64,000 nucleotides of DNA, taken from NCBI GenBank assembly GCA_965644295.1, contig CBFFRP010000431.1, positions 358,808 through 422,807 on the forward strand, read 5' to 3'. This document shows positions 26,468 through 39,489 of the stretch, one piece after another. Both the position numbers and the translations under genes were made by a program. Each line of letters opens with the position of its first letter. The stretch's first letter is position 1. This stretch comes from Paraphysomonas bandaiensis (lineage: Eukaryota; Protista; Chrysophyceae). The notes under the pieces are model-generated. The model ran no database searches. It worked only from the letters and a program-made list of their open reading frames with translations, and had not been told where the DNA came from.

Positions 26468-26599
26468 ATTTTTACAGTTAACACCACTGCATTTGATCAG
26501 TTTCGACCTACAAATTATATATAATCATCTTACTATTCGAAAATCGTTGTTTCAATGTAGGTCGAAACAAATGCAGTGGTGTTAACTGTAAAAATATGA
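26464..26599. mobile_element. Fold-back / MITE-like inverted repeat (~44-bp arms)
   Basis: TCATATTTTTACAGTTAACACCACTGCATTTG(atcag)TTTCGACCTACA ... TGTAGGTCGAAACAAATGCAGTGGTGTTAACTGTAAAAATATGA. It contains TA|CAGT...ACTG|TA, as in Tc1/mariner ends. Confidence 0.75.
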
Positions 26600-26855
26600 T
26601 CTCTGTTTATTTCGGTATCTCTTCAAAAATTGAGCTCCTCAGCATCGAAAGAACCACAAAACAAATCAATCACACTGTCTAATTGTTCGTTTATTAGATG
26701 TATTTGAATAAAACCTTGACGAAATTATAAACTGTTTCATACACTATCTGAGAAATGTTCTCCATTCATAGCAATAACCCTCAACTGACTTTTAATAATA
26801 GATAATACAGTCCTGTACTCTGCGCATATGTGTATGTACGTATGTATGTATGGCT

Positions 26856-26968
26856 GTGGTCGGTAACCAGCGCGCTTATAGCGTTTTTTAGAAGCGCGCT
26901 CTTTTCGATCAATAAGCGCCGCTTTTCGGTGTGCGCTTATTGATCGAAAAAGCACTGTTGCCGACCAC
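26856..26968. mobile_element. Small MITE-like element with an internal hairpin
   Basis: Termini GTGGTCGGTAAC / GTTGCCGACCAC, plus a perfect 18-bp internal IR TTTTCGATCAATAAGCGC / GCGCTTATTGATCGAAAA. Confidence 0.65.
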
Positions 26969-27086
26969 GATGTGCTTATAAGCATTTTTTGTAAATTTTG
27001 TGTCAAGTAAAAAAGACAATTGTCTAGTAAGATATGTAAATGTATATATAATATATATTTAACGCTTACACGGCTGTTATTGGCAT

Positions 27087-27621
27087 ATGGACAGGAAGAG
27101 GAAGTTTACAGAAATCATCGAGCCATGCGTAATAATTGCTGCGGCCGTTGTTGTCATTGCCGCAGTCTCATTCCATCTCCTCTATATAGAGCAAAGCAAT
27201 GCCCCACCAGTACCATACTTTACCTCTGAAGAAAGGGAGGGTTATGCTGAAAGAGTTGTATTTGAAAATATCAACAGTTTAAATCCGTACAGGTAAATAA
27301 TTTGAGAATATACTGTTTGTTTAACTACAGCATAACATGCAGATGTCATGAGAATTATCGCATGGACACGGTACTCTTCAACAAACTGTGTGATCTACTT
27401 CGAGGTCATGTTTATGTGACCCACAAGCTTAGCTTAGAGGTCACTTTATAGCATGATAGAGTTACTGTTATTGTAATATCGTGCTGTTCAGGTACAGCTT
27501 GCAATTTATCTTGATTGGATAGGACATGCGCCTACTCTGAGGAAACAAAAGAATATGTTCCACCTTTCGCATGATCGAATTGTGTTGGCTAGACATAATA
27601 TTACAGAGACTATGTTACCTG

Positions 27622-27625
<4 letters not shown>
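27087..27625 (+). pseudogene. N-terminal fragment of a PIF/Harbinger (HARBI1-like) DDE nuclease, truncated at a microsatellite
   Basis: Two GT-AG introns splice to ...PYRCHENYRMDTVLFNKLCDLLRGHVYVTHKLSLEVQLAIYLDWIGHAPTLRKQKNMFHLSHDRI, the C..FRM....F..LC..L / S.E.QLAI.L...GH Harbinger pattern. The catalytic DDE region is absent. Confidence 0.7.
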
Positions 27626-27653
<28 letters not shown>

Positions 27654-27944
27654 TGTATGTATGTATGTATGTATGTATGTATGTATGTATGTATGTATGT
27701 ATGTATGTATGTATGTATGTATGTATGTATGTATGTATGTATGTATGTATGTATGTATGTATGTATGTATGTATGTATGTATGTATGTATGTATGTATGT
27801 ATGTATGTATGTATGTATGTATGTATGTATGTATGTATGTATGTATGTATGTATGTATGTACTGTATGTATGTATGTATGTATGTATGTATGTATGTATG
27901 TATGTATGTATGTATGTATGTATGTATGTATGTATGTATGTATG

Positions 27945-27978
<34 letters not shown>

Positions 27979-28326
27979 TGTATATATGTATGTATGTATG
28001 TATGTATGCATGTATGTATGTATGTATGTATGTATGTACGTATGTATGTATGCATGTATGTATGTATGTATGTATGTATGTATGTATGTATGTATGTATG
28101 TATGTATGTATGTATGTATGTATGTATGTATGTATGTATGTATGTATGTATGTATGTATGTATGTATGTATGTATGTATGTATGTATGTATGTATGTATG
28201 TATGTATGTATGTATGTATGTATGTATGTATGTATGTATGTATGTATGTATGTATGTATGTATGTATGTATGTATGTATGTATGTATGTATGTATGTATG
28301 TATGTATGTATGTATGTATGTATGTA
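27625..28326. repeat. (TATG)n microsatellite, ~700 bp
   Basis: Directly visible, with few interruptions. Confidence 0.98.
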
Positions 28327-28382
28327 TATTATTATATTCTTATTGTTCCACTTATAACTCATGCATACATGTACAATAGCTC

Positions 28383-30206
28383 ATGTCCTCCACACCTTCC
28401 TTATGTATAACAGGGCACCCCATATCCCTTATCAAGGATGATATCAACGCCTTATATATCGACCAAGGCTCTCACTTGATATTATGGGGATCTGATAGTG
28501 ATAAACAACATGCTGAAGATATCGACTTATGGATAGATAGATACGATGTTCGAATATTATTATCAGAATATAATAGTTTTTGTTATCATCAACAAGATAG
28601 ATATACTGCTGCTCCTGACGCTGATGAAGAGGATGATATTATGTATGAGAGATATCAGGATCTTCTAGATGCTAATGAAGAAGACTTGCAGCCTGTCTCT
28701 GTAGATTCACATCATAATGAAGATAAGAAAACAGTTACTAAAGAAGAGACTCCATTTGTGAAACCTCATGATATTAATTTTCCTTCTGATATGCCTCTTC
28801 CTGTAACAGAGAAACAGTTTCATATTATTGTCCATACTGCAAAGGCAACAAGAGGCAATCGTCAACTAGAGGTATTATTGAAGGTAAAGCAGTCCAATAA
28901 CAAACTATTTGAGTTTCTCAACGATGATACCCCACTTCATGCCCTATATAAGGTACGCGATGCGCGATATTATTTTTTCTCTCCTCTCACATTAGTATGA
29001 TGGATCAGTACCTTTTGGACCTTAGTGAGGCACAGTTCTGGGGAGTTTTTCTGCGCAGGCGGGTTGGGGACGCCGAGAGCAGTGGATCTTCGGTTATGTA
29101 TGCTGAGAAGGTACCGAACAATGCTCTCTCTTTACTGGGAGAGTACACTGATAGTGAGGATGAAGACTGCGGTAATGCCGCTACAGATGGTCCCAGAAAA
29201 GAAGTGAAAATGGTCGCAAGCCCACTTCATTTCAGAGATGACGGTACAGACAAGGTGGCTCCGAAGGAAGGATCCACTGTCTCTGCCGAAGAGGGTGATA
29301 GTTTTACTTCTCAAGCTGTGTCAGACATCGTAAGCTTAAAAGAACCTGTTGATGTTGTGGCCGCAGTTCATGAAAGCGACCATTGTATACCCTGTGGAGT
29401 TGGTGTAAATAGCTATGATGGAGTAAAGAAAACAATAGAGAATGAAATAGACTACCTCAGTGAAAGTGACGATGGGTTCTCTGAGGATGTGGAGGCCAAG
29501 GCGGACAGGTTTTGGTGTGCTGGGATTAAGCGGCGGCGCCTAGAGCGAGCGAAGAAAAAGGCAGACGAGGAGCAGAAAAATGCTGCTGCCGTTCGTGCTG
29601 AGAGACTGAAGAGAGCGAAGATGCTGGCAGGACACTTCCTGTTATCAGCTACAGAGCCTAGTAACGGGAGCACAGAGAGTGCGAACTCCGATAGATGCAG
29701 TCGTTCTACACTGGAGGACGGCGAGACACAAAGCAGATCGAAGCCTATTAGGGATACCAGTAGGAGCCGTAGTGCTGAAAGAAGTACAAACAGAAGCAGG
29801 AGTAGGTCACGTGAAAGACATCACCGTAGTTATAGTCGGGGCCGAGAGAGGGAGCGTCGCAGTTACAAGGTGGAACGAGATGCTAGCAGGGACAGGGAAA
29901 GGGGACGCAGTGGAAGGAATCGACGAAGTATTAGTCGTTCTAGGAGCAGTAGTATCAGATCGAGACGGAAGCGTGACCGAAGTGATAGCAGCCGTAGTGA
30001 TAGGAGAGCTAGGAGTCGAAATAGAAGCCGGTATGCTCATAGCAGCAGATCGAGGGTTGGCAAAAGACCGGACACAGAACTAATGCCTTCGGACTTGATA
30101 GGTATAATGCATTAGATTCTTACGTCAGTTACTTAAATTAATCGTTTCCACAGATTCCAGCAAGCTTTTTGGTAAAGTTAAATCGCTTCTCGAATCTATG
30201 GAATAG
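28383..30206 (+). CDS. SFSWAP: Splicing factor SWAP-like (DRY_EERY + SURP + RS domain), 3 exons
   Basis: WIDRYDVRILL and YERYQDL; a SURP-like segment KQFHIIVHTAK...LEVLLKVKQSNNKLFEFL...LHALYK; an RS-rich tail. Introns at ~28953-29008 and ~30103-30153. Confidence 0.8.
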
Positions 30207-30903
30207 TTTTATTTCTACACAGTTGCGTGTATTTTCTTTAGTACCAATCAGCATGAGGTCAATTGACTTGTAAATACGTAGTAAATATATTGGCATATTG
30301 GCAGGTTGCGATGTTTTTTTCTTTATTAGTTTTATTGAGATGGTGTAGAAGTAGAAGGGTATCCTTAGAACTTATTATTCCTGTTTGAGAATTGGACGTA
30401 GGATTAAACCTATACGAGTTGTGATACCAGCTAAGATTTAGCTTTGCAAAATTCGCACTTTATAAAAGTGAAATATATATTTTTAGGACCAGTAAATATA
30501 TTTTTCAACCTCTTCAGAATAAATTCCCTCGGAATAAATACAATGGTGATTATTTAATAAAACTAATTGCCATAATCGTTTACACTTCTACTGAGCGACT
30601 GATACATTTACGTTTGCAGTGTCACCACGATACTACAGCTTCACATAGCTAGTGAGTACTGAGTACTATTGTCTATTGTCTACATAATGCTGTTTCTCAA
30701 ATTGTCCTCAATAGATAATAATATAATCGTTCCACACGTACCCCTTGCTTTGAAGGTATTTGATACTTTAAAATGTGTTTATAAAAAGAGGAAATCGAAA
30801 TACAGAAGCAAAATACCAGGACAAGTATGACAAACATCCATAAATGGAATACACATTTTTCACAAGGCATCTACACCCTTGCTGCAATAATATTAACAGC
30901 ACG

Positions 30904-32346
30904 TCAGCTATTATCGCTAAATATAGCAGACTTATTAGTGTTGGCGTTTTTGTGACACATCTTGCTTTTATAATACTCCAGTGCCGCGTTGAAAGCTCTG
31001 TGTATTGTGCATAACATGAACCCATTCCTCCGATTATACCTAAGTTCTTGATCGTTTCCCTGCAAAACTGTTAGTGGATGCATGGCGTAAATCACTTCAA
31101 CTACCTGTTTGAGCTTAGGTGTTGAGTTAGGAGTACTTAAATGGATAGATGGTTCGATAAGCATAGGTGCTTCGCACGAAAATACATGGTGATCAACACT
31201 ACGCTTCCAGAATCCCAAGTTTTCCACCAAGTACCGTTGACAGTAGTGAACAAATGTCGGCATCGGAGAGTCGGGAAAGAATACACCACCAACAGGAGTT
31301 ACACAGACGTCATCACCAAGAGCATCTACCCATGGCCAGCCCTCACCATGTACATGCACGTTCGACACCATGAAATGGTCTACCCGCAAATGTGGGAGTC
31401 GTTCATGAGCAGCGGCCATAGCGTAAGCAAACATCTCAGCAAGTAAATAAGGGTAATTCTCATACACCCGAGGTACAAGGCGCACCCACGACTGTGTCAG
31501 CCGGAGCATATCACTGCTCTCTAAGATGTATGGAGCCCCAACTGAGAAGTATCGCTTTCCTTGCTCCTCGTCGTGCAATTGCATGCAAGGCGAATCGATC
31601 CCACATATCCTACTGCGATTTAGCTGAGGGTCGTCGTCCACAACCCACGGGGCACCAATCCCATAGTGCTGAGCAACTGGCCTTCCTACCGTAACTCTAT
31701 CAAATATATCTTCCGATCTGACAGAACCTGACACTATAACATTTGACTGGCCCGCCACCGAAGCTGTAAGTGGTCGTAAGAATATAAAATCGGGATCCAC
31801 CAATGCTATTATTGCCCCAGGACGTACCGGGGGATTTGAATTTTCTAACCAGTGCAAAACCCCATATGGCTTATTATAAAATGCATAATTTTTTTTAGTT
31901 TTAGGATCTTTTTTATAGTCAGGTGTGAAATGAATACGATAGTTTGGATACAGTATACTGTAATGATTACGTAATTCAATTTGTTTTTTATAATCACAAC
32001 CACTTGCAATACGTGTTAATATACCATTTTGTTTAACTTGTATAGCTGAATGAAATAATAAATGTGTTTGCCAATCTTGATATAAACTACAGTCAGTTGA
32101 GAATATCACATATATATGATCCATATCACTTGTATCTGTATATTGTGTTAATGATCCATGAATATTTTGATATGTAAACCATTTTTGTTCTTCATTAACT
32201 GTATTTTTTAGAACTGAACCATTTATAACACAATATATTAGAAATATTGTCCAAGATATCATAATAATCCATGTGATTATAGTTAGATATGAATTGGATT
32301 TGTTGGAATTTTTATGAAATCCTTTTTTTGATATATTAAAATCCAT
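30904..32346 (-). CDS. Type II membrane glycosyltransferase, peptidyl-serine alpha-galactosyltransferase/HPAT-like (GT96/GT95)
   Basis: N-terminal TM helix; motifs VIFSTDCSLYQDWQ, TRIASGC, YNKPYGVLHWL, DPDFIFLRPL and LAEMFAYAMAAAH. A probable in-frame 45-nt intron lies near the 3' end. Confidence 0.85.
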   Translation of the reverse strand: MDFNISKKGFHKNSNKSNSYLTIITWIIMISWTIFLIYCVINGSVLKNTVNEEQKWFTYQNIHGSLTQYTDTSDMDHIYVIFSTDCSLYQDWQTHLLFHSAIQVKQNGILTRIASGCDYKKQIELRNHYSILYPNYRIHFTPDYKKDPKTKKNYAFYNKPYGVLHWLENSNPPVRPGAIIALVDPDFIFLRPLTASVAGQSNVIVSGSVRSEDIFDRVTVGRPVAQHYGIGAPWVVDDDPQLNRSRICGIDSPCMQLHDEEQGKRYFSVGAPYILESSDMLRLTQSWVRLVPRVYENYPYLLAEMFAYAMAAAHERLPHLRVDHFMVSNVHVHGEGWPWVDALGDDVCVTPVGGVFFPDSPMPTFVHYCQRYLVENLGFWKRSVDHHVFSCEAPMLIEPSIHLSTPNSTPKLKQVVEVIYAMHPLTVLQGNDQELRYNRRNGFMLCTIHRAFNAALEYYKSKMCHKNANTNKSAIFSDNS

Positions 32347-32824
32347 TATTTTGTAATAAAAAATAGAATTATTTGATTGAAATATAATGAATTGAAGTAA
32401 GAAAGATGATAATATGTGAATATATGCATGGTATTGATGTTAATGTTAAACGAGTAAAGTAGATCATGTATGATATATAAGTATAGGTGTTCTACAGCAT
32501 ATTAATTTCAATACTTGTTTTGTGTGGTAATTATCATATACGGTAACTACAGTGTATTTCACTGGGTACTTCACTGTATATTGCGATGCTGCCGATCAAC
32601 CATACTGTAGGCACCGCACATATACGCACCGCATGCCTGTACATATACATGTACTGCTGTGCTATATAATTCGGTGTACACATATACATATATACATACC
32701 TGTACATCCATACCATACTACAATATCTATACACACCTACCGTTCAACAACAGTCTGCCTGCAATCTCCTCGTATCTGCCACCCTTTACTTCTATACATC
32801 TCTTTTATCATAAAGGAGAATCAT

Positions 32825-32983
32825 ATGATATCGATATCAAACGACACCCTTCTTTCTATTGCATTGTTTGCCCTGTACATGTGTTTAGCATGGGAGTTAT
32901 TCGATCATTTCTCTGGTAAAGTTGTGTATGATAAAGACAACACAGAGAAAACTAGATTATTACATAATGATAATAGAAAATAA
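32825..32983 (+). CDS. Possible 52-aa single-TM micropeptide
   Basis: MISISNDTLLSIALFALYMCLAWELFDHFSGKVV...; divergent from the glycosyltransferase gene; no homology recognised. Confidence 0.25.
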   Translation: MISISNDTLLSIALFALYMCLAWELFDHFSGKVVYDKDNTEKTRLLHNDNRK

Positions 32984-33722
32984 TAACATCATGATACGAA
33001 GCATTGCTATACACTGCTTAACATATTGAATCATATTTGTATATGTTTTCTATGTGTCTAATCACTGATGATAAATGTACATCCACTGGTTGTTTCAAGC
33101 GCAGGGAGTGAAAACGGTACGCGTAAAATGTGTCTTCGTGTATATCTTGTATCTTGAATGAATGAATCTGACTAGGAAACTAGAATGAAAATTCGAATAA
33201 AATAATTGAAGTGTTTTTCTAAGGGTCGCAGTTTTAACTACCTACTACCAACTATATATGCAACATATTTAAGTACCACAGTAGAGAGTGTATGCTCCCT
33301 ACCACAGAAGTCTATTGTATGTAATATTATGTAATATTATCTTTTTTTGGTCGATTTAAATGCACTGGTGAGTTTTGCTGGTATGCTAGCTACTTGGCAG
33401 AACAATGGTAATTTTAACGTGAGAATTTTTGTTGTCCGTTTAGATGCAAACTAATATTCATCATCTTGAAGGATTGAGTAAAACGCATTACTTATATAAG
33501 CTTGAAGCAATAGAATATGACATGACCCTTCAACGTGTATGTCGAGATATGTTAAATTGACCGTAATATTTCACTCTAAATTAGTTTAATCTAGTTACCA
33601 AGCATTTCCTGACTTTTTCTTTCAGAAAGCGCGCATGACAACAGATAATATATCACATAGAAGGTATAATTACTTATTGCGCTGGCAATTAACTACGTGC
33701 ACTACTTCATGACAATATGACA

Positions 33723-35040
33723 TCAGTACACTTCCCGTCGCCCCCTCCCTCCAGGACCATAAACTCCACCTCGTCCTCCCATATGCCTGGGTCCTCCCCC
33801 CCGACCTCCACCCCCGGGATAGAAATCCCCTCCCATCATCCCCATAGGCGGCTGCATCATCATCATCATGTATTCCTCTCTGGCCTGGTGCTGTAAGGCC
33901 CGGTACGCTTCTAGATATTCCTCATAGGTCATGTTGGCAATGTCCATCATATCTAGATAGCTTCCTGCCCCTCCCCTGTCCTCGTCCCTCTCTCTATCCC
34001 GTCCTCCACGTCTGCGCTTTCCATCATCTCGTCCTTCACTGCGGTCTCGCTCTAATATATATACTCAGATATTGCCGATATGAATCTATGACGAGCTTAC
34101 CACTTCTACTCTTTCTGTCACGATCTTTACTATCCCGACGACTGTCTTCATCGTGTCCATTAGTCTCTCTCTCTTGATTTTTCACAGGAATCAATGCGGC
34201 TCTCACTTCTTCCGGTGTTACTGTGGGTGGAAGGGGAAAGCGTTGGGTTGCAATGATGGAGAGGTTCTTGTCGCTCGCTGCTAGCTTCGCCCTCTGAGAC
34301 TCAAGCGTCTCCTGTAAACAAATTGGCAACACACATAACAATGTCACTTCAAATACACAATTCAATACCGGTGGAGATTGGTCAATAAGACTAATGAGCG
34401 TGGTCGCCGCCTGCATATCAAGCTCCTGGCCGTTTTTGCTCACTTTCACTGGCTTATCATGATTCATTGTGTTTAATACATGGTTAGTACTGGGATACGG
34501 CAGGTGACACAGTCGAATCCAATGAACAGATATGGGCTGCAACAGTTGTTAATACAATTGGGCAGATATTGCAAAGGAGTAAGATATACCCGCTTCTTGG
34601 CCTCCTCGGAATCATCACACCCACTTCCACTTTCGGATATAACAGCATACCCATGAAAATGACGACTTCCATTAACCGAAAAAATAAGAGTAACATCAGA
34701 TCCACGAGCAGCATCTCTAAGTCTCTCTTTGACCTTTAAAGTCGTATTCCATTCATGTTCATTATAGGAATGAGAGATGTCATTATGTGTTTGGGATTTA
34801 ACTATAAAAAATCGGCGTTTTATGCTACATTGATCATTGCTTCCTTGAATTTCTTCATTCTTTTTTGGTGAAGATCCTCCAATATCCATTGAATTGTCAA
34901 CATCTGTGCCGTATAATAAGGATGTCTCGGCATCATCCTATTGCCATTGATTATATATTGATATACTTAATATATAGCACTACCTCGTTCTCCTTTGGTT
35001 CATTGTCATCATCCGCTAATATTCCACTGACAATATCCAT
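33723..35040 (-). CDS. YTH-domain protein (YTHDC1-like) with RD/RS and RGG-rich tail, multi-exon
   Basis: RRFFIVKS...HEWNT...VTLIFSVNGSRHFHGYA, spliced to ISVHWIRLCHLPYPSTNHVLNTMNHDKPVKVSKNGQEL; C-terminal MTYEEYL and RGG repeats. Confidence 0.85.
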
Positions 35041-35174
35041 TAGTCACTCTGCTCCTGGGGTAAACTGTTCCAGGAATAATGTATTGAATATATTCTCTTA
35101 ATAAGCTTCAGCCGGTACCATTATACAATACTGCATACCCTTCATAACATACCACAGTATACCCATGTATACTT

Positions 35175-35454
35175 ACATACATGCATACATACATACATAC
35201 ATACATACATACATACATACCTACATACATACATACATACATACATACATACATACATACATACATACATACATACATACATACATACATACATACATAC
35301 ATACATACATACATACATACATACATACATACATACATACATACATACATACATACATACATACATACATACATACATACATACATACATACATACATAC
35401 ATACATACATACATACATACATACATACATACATACATACATACATACATACAT
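35175..35454. repeat. (CATA)n microsatellite between the divergent YTH and MATE genes
   Basis: Directly visible. Confidence 0.98.
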
Positions 35455-35593
35455 GATAGACGAGTACATCAGTGCTTCCTAAAGATAGATTTCTGCAACC
35501 AACACACATAGTTCTCCACATACATAGTGTGCCTTACATCTCCTCCCTATGAAATAATTCATTTATTAATATCTTCCCATATATCTGATTCAT

Positions 35594-37887
35594 ATGTTTT
35601 GTTTCAGTTATATATCAGATGAGTTATTATCTATTGGGAGACTGGCTCTGCCGTCTATTATACTCAACGGGCTACATATCTCTATGATGGTATATACATA
35701 CACATATATATCTTATCATAATATAAACACGTATTATCAGGTTATTAATATCATATATATGGGTCATATAGGGAGAGATGCTCTGTCTACAGGAGGTATA
35801 TATACATATCATATTATAGAGAGCTGCTAATAGATAGTGTATATACTTGTTAACAGCAATGGGTATGGCGTTCTATAATATTCTTTGGTATTTCATCGAA
35901 GGATTACTATCTGCACAAGATTCTTTGGCAGTTAATGCCTACAATAGCAGGGACTATGGTGATGTATATATATATCAAGGATTATATGCTTACTGTAGTG
36001 TATACTTTAGTTGCTGTACGACATTGGAGTTATGTGTCTGCAATAGTGATGTTGATGGCTATACTTTTTGGGAGCATTTTGATGGTATTTTCACCTATCA
36101 TTGTCCGAAATGTTATGTTTCTTGATGACCCTCTCGCGGAAAGGGTACGTCAGTGTTTGTCAAGTTGTTATGCTATTATCAGCTTATATTATGCCATCGT
36201 GTTTGCAGACAGTCGAGTTTATTTTTGCTATGATACCGTCGTTATGGTTTCAAGGTGGTTTTCGCGTGCTTCAGAAGTATTTGCAAGCCCAACGTTTGTA
36301 CTTTCCCCCGATACTTTGTCAACTCGCTTCTTTGGGTGTCAACGTTATGGGTATGTAATCCCCTTTAACAGGAAAGTCTGTAATGTATATGCTGCAGTCA
36401 ACTCGCTGCTGTTATTTGGGTTGGGATTTGGGGCTTTTGGCTCAGCCATTGCTACTACTTTGGCGAACGGATGTGCATTTAGTCTAATAATAACTTATTT
36501 GGTATATATTGATGGCTACACCAGGTGTGTTGTAATCGTTTTTGGTTGCGGTGGTGGTGTAATGGCTAAATAGGCTGCGTGATGAATTTATGGCTCTTCT
36601 TTCTCGAGAAGTCTCCGATTTTTTGTCTGAAGAGAGTTTAGGGAAAAATGTACCCCAGGATGGGGGGTCGGTGGAGCTGGGATCATTATCTCGCCGTCGC
36701 ATCACTACTGAAGATGAGGAGGATGGAGAGGAGGAAGCATCTGTTGACAGGAATGGGGCCCAAGACACCGATTCTCTGTTATCCAGGTCCAATTACATTA
36801 GCTAATGCATATTGTGCTCTGACGTGGATACGGTGCAGAGACAGCGTAGACAAGAAACAGGGTAAACAGATAGTGTCATCTGTCGGGTCGTGGAACAGCC
36901 AATTACAAAGAGATTGCCTCAGATTCCTCGCACTAGGGATTCCTGGGTGAGTATCACACGCTCTTTTGATCGTCTGTCGTGTTTCATGTATAGTTGATCT
37001 GCAGGGGTATCGTTTTAGTGACAGAGCAATGGGCTTTCGAGGTAGTTCTGCTAGTGGTATCACAGATTGGGCCTGTATCCATTAGCGCACAGCAGGTTGT
37101 GATATGCTTGATCAAGTAAGTGTTATATGTACGTCTTTATACTCGCTGTATGTGTGATATGATTTTATGTAACGGTATGTACGTTGTAAACAGTTTGATG
37201 TACACGATAGTCCCCATATCGCTATCCACTGCAGCTACTGTTCGAATCTCTCAGCTTTTGGCGGCACAGAACAGTAAAGCAGCTCGGATCTCTTGCATTT
37301 TATCACTGGTTGTGTCTGGCTTATTCATGTGCATCATAGGAGCTGTCTTGTACCGTATCCGACACGTGATTGGATATGCCTTCACATCTGACCCTGATAT
37401 CATCAATCGTATTCATCAGCTATGCCCCATCGTGTCACTATTTCACGTAGTGTATGGGTTCCAGGGACCGCTTCAAGGGGCTCTCAGGGGTATGGCCAGA
37501 CACACAGAAGTACTAGGATATACATTTCTTTCATATTGGGTTCTTGGAGTTCCAGTAGGTATGTATTTAGCATTTTTCACACGACCGCGAAATGGGTTAT
37601 ACGGACTTTGGTACGGCCTCGCTACTGGGGTTGGGTTCCTTGTGTTTATCTTACTCCTAATAGTAATCACGACCGATTGGGAATTGGAGGTCCGAAGAGA
37701 ACGAATTCGGGTGGAAAAGTATCAAAATAGCTTCTCAATTGTTCAGGCATGCCCTGTTCCTGGAAGTAGAGCACAAGGAGGTTTTCTTCTAGTGGGATCC
37801 TCTGGTGACGAAGAGTTGGATGAAATTGAGAGAATAGAAATATCATTTTTTGAGCAAGACTCGGAAGGGAAAGATCATGATGTATGA
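35594..37887 (+). CDS. MATE family efflux transporter, multi-exon
   Basis: ELLSIGRLALPSII, MGHIGRDALS, GLLSAQDSLAVNAY, ISLSTAATVRISQLL, QGALRGMAR and YWVLGVPVG...GLYGLWYGL. Confidence 0.9.
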
Positions 37888-38581
37888 GTAGTCGTTTTAG
37901 GATTAATATAGTGACTGTAATTAGTGGTAAATAGAACATGTAGCCTCTTTAATATTGGACTGCTTTCGTGTTAAAGTTTGATGTGTTAGTTCATGGATAG
38001 CATATGATTAGTAACCGTTATCATTTTCTTTATATTTCATTGCAGAAATCGACGTGGAATTTATATTATCACACTTGAAAAAGAATGATACACATATGTG
38101 TAGTGCATTGACTTAACATATTTAATATTGATTAGTATCTACTTCTTTCTTCTTTTAATACAAACCACTAACCACACTTATTCCGACGACAATGTAATCA
38201 AAGCGGCACGACTAGGCCGATATCTTATGTATGCCATGTGTAAGGCTCAGATTATTGCCCATGTTTATTAATCGTAGTAGTGTAGAGATGTACATGTACG
38301 CATGTACTCTAAGAGTATCTCATTTGGTATATCTGGAATCTGGAGCAACACCAGGTGTGTTGAAATGTTGAAATCATTTTTGGCTAGCAATATATAAAGA
38401 GTTGCTGATTAAAGAAAGAAACAACTAATTAGGTTGTATATATTGGAATATCAAACACTAAAAACTTCTGAACACATTCACTGCCACATAAACATATCAC
38501 GACTGCACTGTATGCTAAAAAATATAATAAAGCTCATCGGGGTCCGATCGACAATAATAATTACCGTAGATTCCCTTCAAC

Positions 38582-39489
38582 CTATGAACAACTGACCTGA
38601 ATAGGAAAGTCGAAATACGTATCGGGAAACGGCTCATTGTTCAATGTATAATGCCACCATTCTCCCTCATAATTCGTGAAATTGTGCCTCGCCATCAAAT
38701 CAACCAACAGTATGCGATTGTCACGTTGTTCCGAACTAAAAAATTCAGTTATACAAATATAGATGAAATGCATCAACACTAATTTAATCAATAAAATACA
38801 CTCGACGGAATACTGTGTGAAAATATACAGTAATACATACATAGGCATGGAACTTACGATATTAGATCCGTATATGTGTTTGCCCATTCCGACAAACAAT
38901 CAAACCCGGTGCCCATATCTACAGAGTTGTCTCCGAACCTTTCATCAGCAGGAGCAAAGCATTCAACCAATTCCTGTCCAGGATAATATATGTCCTGATC
39001 AGAGACTGGTAACTTTACTATAGTTAAGTCAAGGGTAGAGCCGCGGCTGTGGCCGGATTGTGTTGCAATGTAATCCGGAAAGAGGTCAGGTTTGTTCATA
39101 GTAGGATAGAACTCTTTCTTCATTAGAGTATCCATAGAATTATTCGACCACAATACAAAATCATCCACAGCTCGCTGCGGTCGGTAACAGTCATACACTT
39201 TGAGAGTATATCCCATCGCCATAGCCTCAACTTGTACATCCTTAAGAGCTAATGCAGCTGTAGTAGTTAATACACACATAGGAGTATTATATCCTTCAAC
39301 ACGACGACCCATAAAATTATGTGGGGTATAGTATCGTATATCTTGTATGATTGTATGATCTATATCAGATAATAAACTGAAAGTATGAGGAATACAGTCT
39401 GCACATGTATGTATAGAGATTGATTCAGAGGATACATATGTGATAATAAGAGATATGAGAATAGAAGGGGTGATAATTGGATGAATCAT
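38582..39489 (-). CDS. vanX: VanX/DdpX-type D-Ala-D-Ala dipeptidase (peptidase M15D) with N-terminal hydrophobic signal-like peptide; one intron
   Basis: Motifs DIRYYTPHNFMGRRVEGY, LKVYDCYRPQRAV, SGHSRGSTLDLT, VDMGTGFD and EWWHY. Intron 38857-38736 (GTAAGT...TTTTAG) joins in frame. Confidence 0.9.

Noticed and set aside
27555-28410. Long MYVC/HTYI ORFs (also at 35108-35521 and 39425-40248)
   Set aside because: These are translations of stop-free (TATG)n microsatellites.
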